Source: an uncultured Hormoscilla sp.
GTDB taxonomy: Bacteria > Cyanobacteriota > Cyanobacteriia > Cyanobacteriales > Desertifilaceae
Direction: 5' to 3'
Length of the DNA: 64,000 nucleotides
Assembly (NCBI GenBank): GCA_963921275.4
Contig: OZ001293.3
Span: 2,976,001 to 3,040,000, forward strand
Positions 61,926 through 64,000 of the stretch are shown here, piece by piece. The notes under the pieces are model-generated. The model did no database searches, was not told the DNA's origin, and saw nothing but the letters and a program-made list of their open reading frames with translations. Every line of letters begins with the position of its first letter. Positions within the stretch are counted from its first letter, which is position 1. Both the position numbers and the translations under genes were made by a program.

Positions 61926-63728
61926 ATGACTAAAAACGGATCGAAACCAAAACTAAAAATTATTCCCCTAGGAGGATTACACGAAATCGGCAAAAATACC
62001 TGCGTTTTTGAGTTTAATGAGGAAATTATGCTGCTGGACGCAGGACTGGGTTTCCCGACTGAGGGAATGCATGGGGTTAATATTGTTTTGCCCGATATCA
62101 GCTATCTGCGAGAAAATCGTCACCGCATTCAGGGGATGATCGTTACTCACGGTCATGAAGATCATATAGGGGGTATTCCCTATCACCTACGAGAGTTTGA
62201 TATTCCAGTGATTTACGGTCCCCGCTTGGCAATGGCTTTGCTGGAGTATAAACTGGCAGAGGCGGGATTGGCCGATCGCACGGAGTTGAGAACGGTAGGA
62301 CCGCGGGACATGGTTCGGATTGGTAAGTATTTTTTGGTGGAGTTTATTCGCAATACTCACTCGATGGCGGATAGCTTTACGGTGGCGATACATACCCCTA
62401 TTGGCATGGTGATTCATACGGGAGATTTTAAGATCGATCATACGCCAGTAGATGGGGAACGTTTTGATTTTCATAGATTGGCGGAACATGGCGAACAGGG
62501 CGTTCTCTGTTTGATGAGTGATTCGACTAACTCGGAAGTATCGGGTTTCACTCCTTCGGAAAATTCTGTTTATCCTAATCTGGATCGGGTGATTTCTCAA
62601 GCGCCAGGACGGGTGCTGGTAACGACGTTTGCTTCTTCGGTGCATCGGATTAATATAATTTTGCAGCTGGCCCAGAAGAATAACCGGTTGGTGTCGATCC
62701 TGGGACGATCAATGCTGAATGTGATTGCCCACGCACGCAATCTGGGTTATATCAAGTGCCCGGAGAGTTTACTGCAACCTTTACATGCTATACGCAGTCT
62801 GCCCGACGATCAAATATTGATTCTGACTACGGGTTCTCAAGGGGAACCTCTGTCGGCCATGACTCGGATCGCGAATAAATCTCACCGACAAATTAAAATC
62901 CGTAAGGGGGATACGGTGGTATTCTCGGCGAACCCGATCCCGGGAAATACAATTTCGGTGGTGAACACGATTGATAAATTGATGAAGCTGGGTGCTAATG
63001 TGGTATATGGGCGAGATCAGGGGATTCATGTTTCTGGTCACGGCTGTCAGGAAGATCAAAAGTTGATGCTGGGTCTGACTCGCCCTAAGTTTTTCTTGCC
63101 AGTTCACGGCGAACACCGCATGCTGATTAAACATGCCCAAATTGCTCAAAGTCTGGGCATTCCCCAGGAAAATATGGTCATAGTTGATAATGGAGATGTG
63201 GTAGAATTGTCGGCAGATTCTATCCGCATCGCTAGTAAGGTCTCTTCTGGCATTGTCTTGGTGGATAATGCGGGACTGTTCCACGATCGCCTGCTGAAGG
63301 AACGCCAGCAACTGGCAGAAGATGGGGTGGTCACGATCGCTGCTACGATCGGTTGGGATGGTAAGTTAGTCGCTCAGCCTCAGTTACATCTGCGAGGTGT
63401 GGTCACTGGCCTGGAAAGTACGCATTTACAAGCTTCCGTGACTCAGTTTATGGAAACTATCTTGCGCGCTCGCTTTTCGGAGTTCTCTTATAGCTTCGAG
63501 AATGGGGAAGTTGAAGTTGACTGGGAAAAACTCCAAGCTCAGTTAGAGACGACATTGGGTAAGCTTGTGCGACGCTTGCTGCAAAGTAAGCCTATGCTGG
63601 TCTTGTTACTCCAAAAACTAGATTTTCCTGATGTCCCCTCAACTCTCCCCACTGTTGCGGAAGGTACTGACAGTCCAGTTAAGTCTCGACGCACTCGTAT
63701 CCGTCCTACTGCTAAAGTCGCTTCTTAG
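61926..63728 (+). CDS. rnj: ribonuclease J
   Basis: PLGGLHEIGKN, THGHEDHIG, HVSGH and PVHGE. Confidence 0.97.
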   Translation: MTKNGSKPKLKIIPLGGLHEIGKNTCVFEFNEEIMLLDAGLGFPTEGMHGVNIVLPDISYLRENRHRIQGMIVTHGHEDHIGGIPYHLREFDIPVIYGPRLAMALLEYKLAEAGLADRTELRTVGPRDMVRIGKYFLVEFIRNTHSMADSFTVAIHTPIGMVIHTGDFKIDHTPVDGERFDFHRLAEHGEQGVLCLMSDSTNSEVSGFTPSENSVYPNLDRVISQAPGRVLVTTFASSVHRINIILQLAQKNNRLVSILGRSMLNVIAHARNLGYIKCPESLLQPLHAIRSLPDDQILILTTGSQGEPLSAMTRIANKSHRQIKIRKGDTVVFSANPIPGNTISVVNTIDKLMKLGANVVYGRDQGIHVSGHGCQEDQKLMLGLTRPKFFLPVHGEHRMLIKHAQIAQSLGIPQENMVIVDNGDVVELSADSIRIASKVSSGIVLVDNAGLFHDRLLKERQQLAEDGVVTIAATIGWDGKLVAQPQLHLRGVVTGLESTHLQASVTQFMETILRARFSEFSYSFENGEVEVDWEKLQAQLETTLGKLVRRLLQSKPMLVLLLQKLDFPDVPSTLPTVAEGTDSPVKSRRTRIRPTAKVAS

Positions 63729-63837
63729 ATGGTAATGCGTAGGACGGGCGGAACGAGGTTCTGCGTAGGGCGGGCGTCTCGCCTGCCCTACGCTCCGGAA
63801 GATGAGATTAAAATCAAGCTAGGTAGAGGATAAAATA

Positions 63838-63981
63838 ATGTCAGACGATCGGCGAATAGCGACAGCATTACTGCTGCTGAGGCTGAGTGTATTTCTAGTC
63901 ATGTTGGTTTGGACGCTAATTAAATTCGTGCAGCCGGAAAGAGCAGCTATAATATTTGAGAAGATCGTTCGGCCAGATTAA
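63838..63981 (+). pseudogene. DoxX-like membrane protein fragment
   Basis: ALLLLRLSVFLVMLVWTLIKF followed by an early stop. Confidence 0.45.
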
Positions 63982-64000
63982 CCTATGGCTAAGACTATTA

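Noticed and set aside
55857..63334. Numerous short antisense ORFs over clpX, tig, asd, dapA and rnj
   Set aside because: They are shadow ORFs of conserved genes with no recognisable motifs.

Overview
Chromosomal window from a cyanobacterium: HIP1 octamer GCGATCGC is very frequent, STRR heptamer repeats are present, and it carries ycf3, psb28 and an SLH-OprB porin. Housekeeping genes are intact (trpD, pgsA, surE, cobB, ycf3, gatC, hom, valS, clpX-clpP-tig, asd-dapA-rnj). Most accessory genes are broken by stops, frameshifts, deletions, IS4/IS630/IS982 remnants, MITEs or an ORF-less group II intron, which suggests ongoing genome decay, possibly in a host-associated lineage (inference). Main points of interest: (1) an orphan biosynthetic locus with a heme-oxygenase-like diiron enzyme, an Asp/Glu racemase and an NRPS whose first A domain lacks the amino-binding Asp (40.4-49.1 kb); (2) a glycosyltransferase-radical SAM fusion, a WG-repeat O-methyltransferase and an Rnl2-type RNA-ligase remnant (33.3-39.1 kb); (3) a decaying defence island with a long prokaryotic Argonaute (DEDD tetrad) and a PD-(D/E)xK-HEAT protein next to a PvuII-like methylase remnant (15.7-19.9 kb); (4) a ~110-nt multi-stem RNA candidate upstream of a divergent pstS; (5) short palindromic in-frame insertions at HIP1-like sites inside genes; (6) an intact C5 DNA methyltransferase lacking its catalytic Cys. 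All calls come from reading motifs by eye; no database searches were run.
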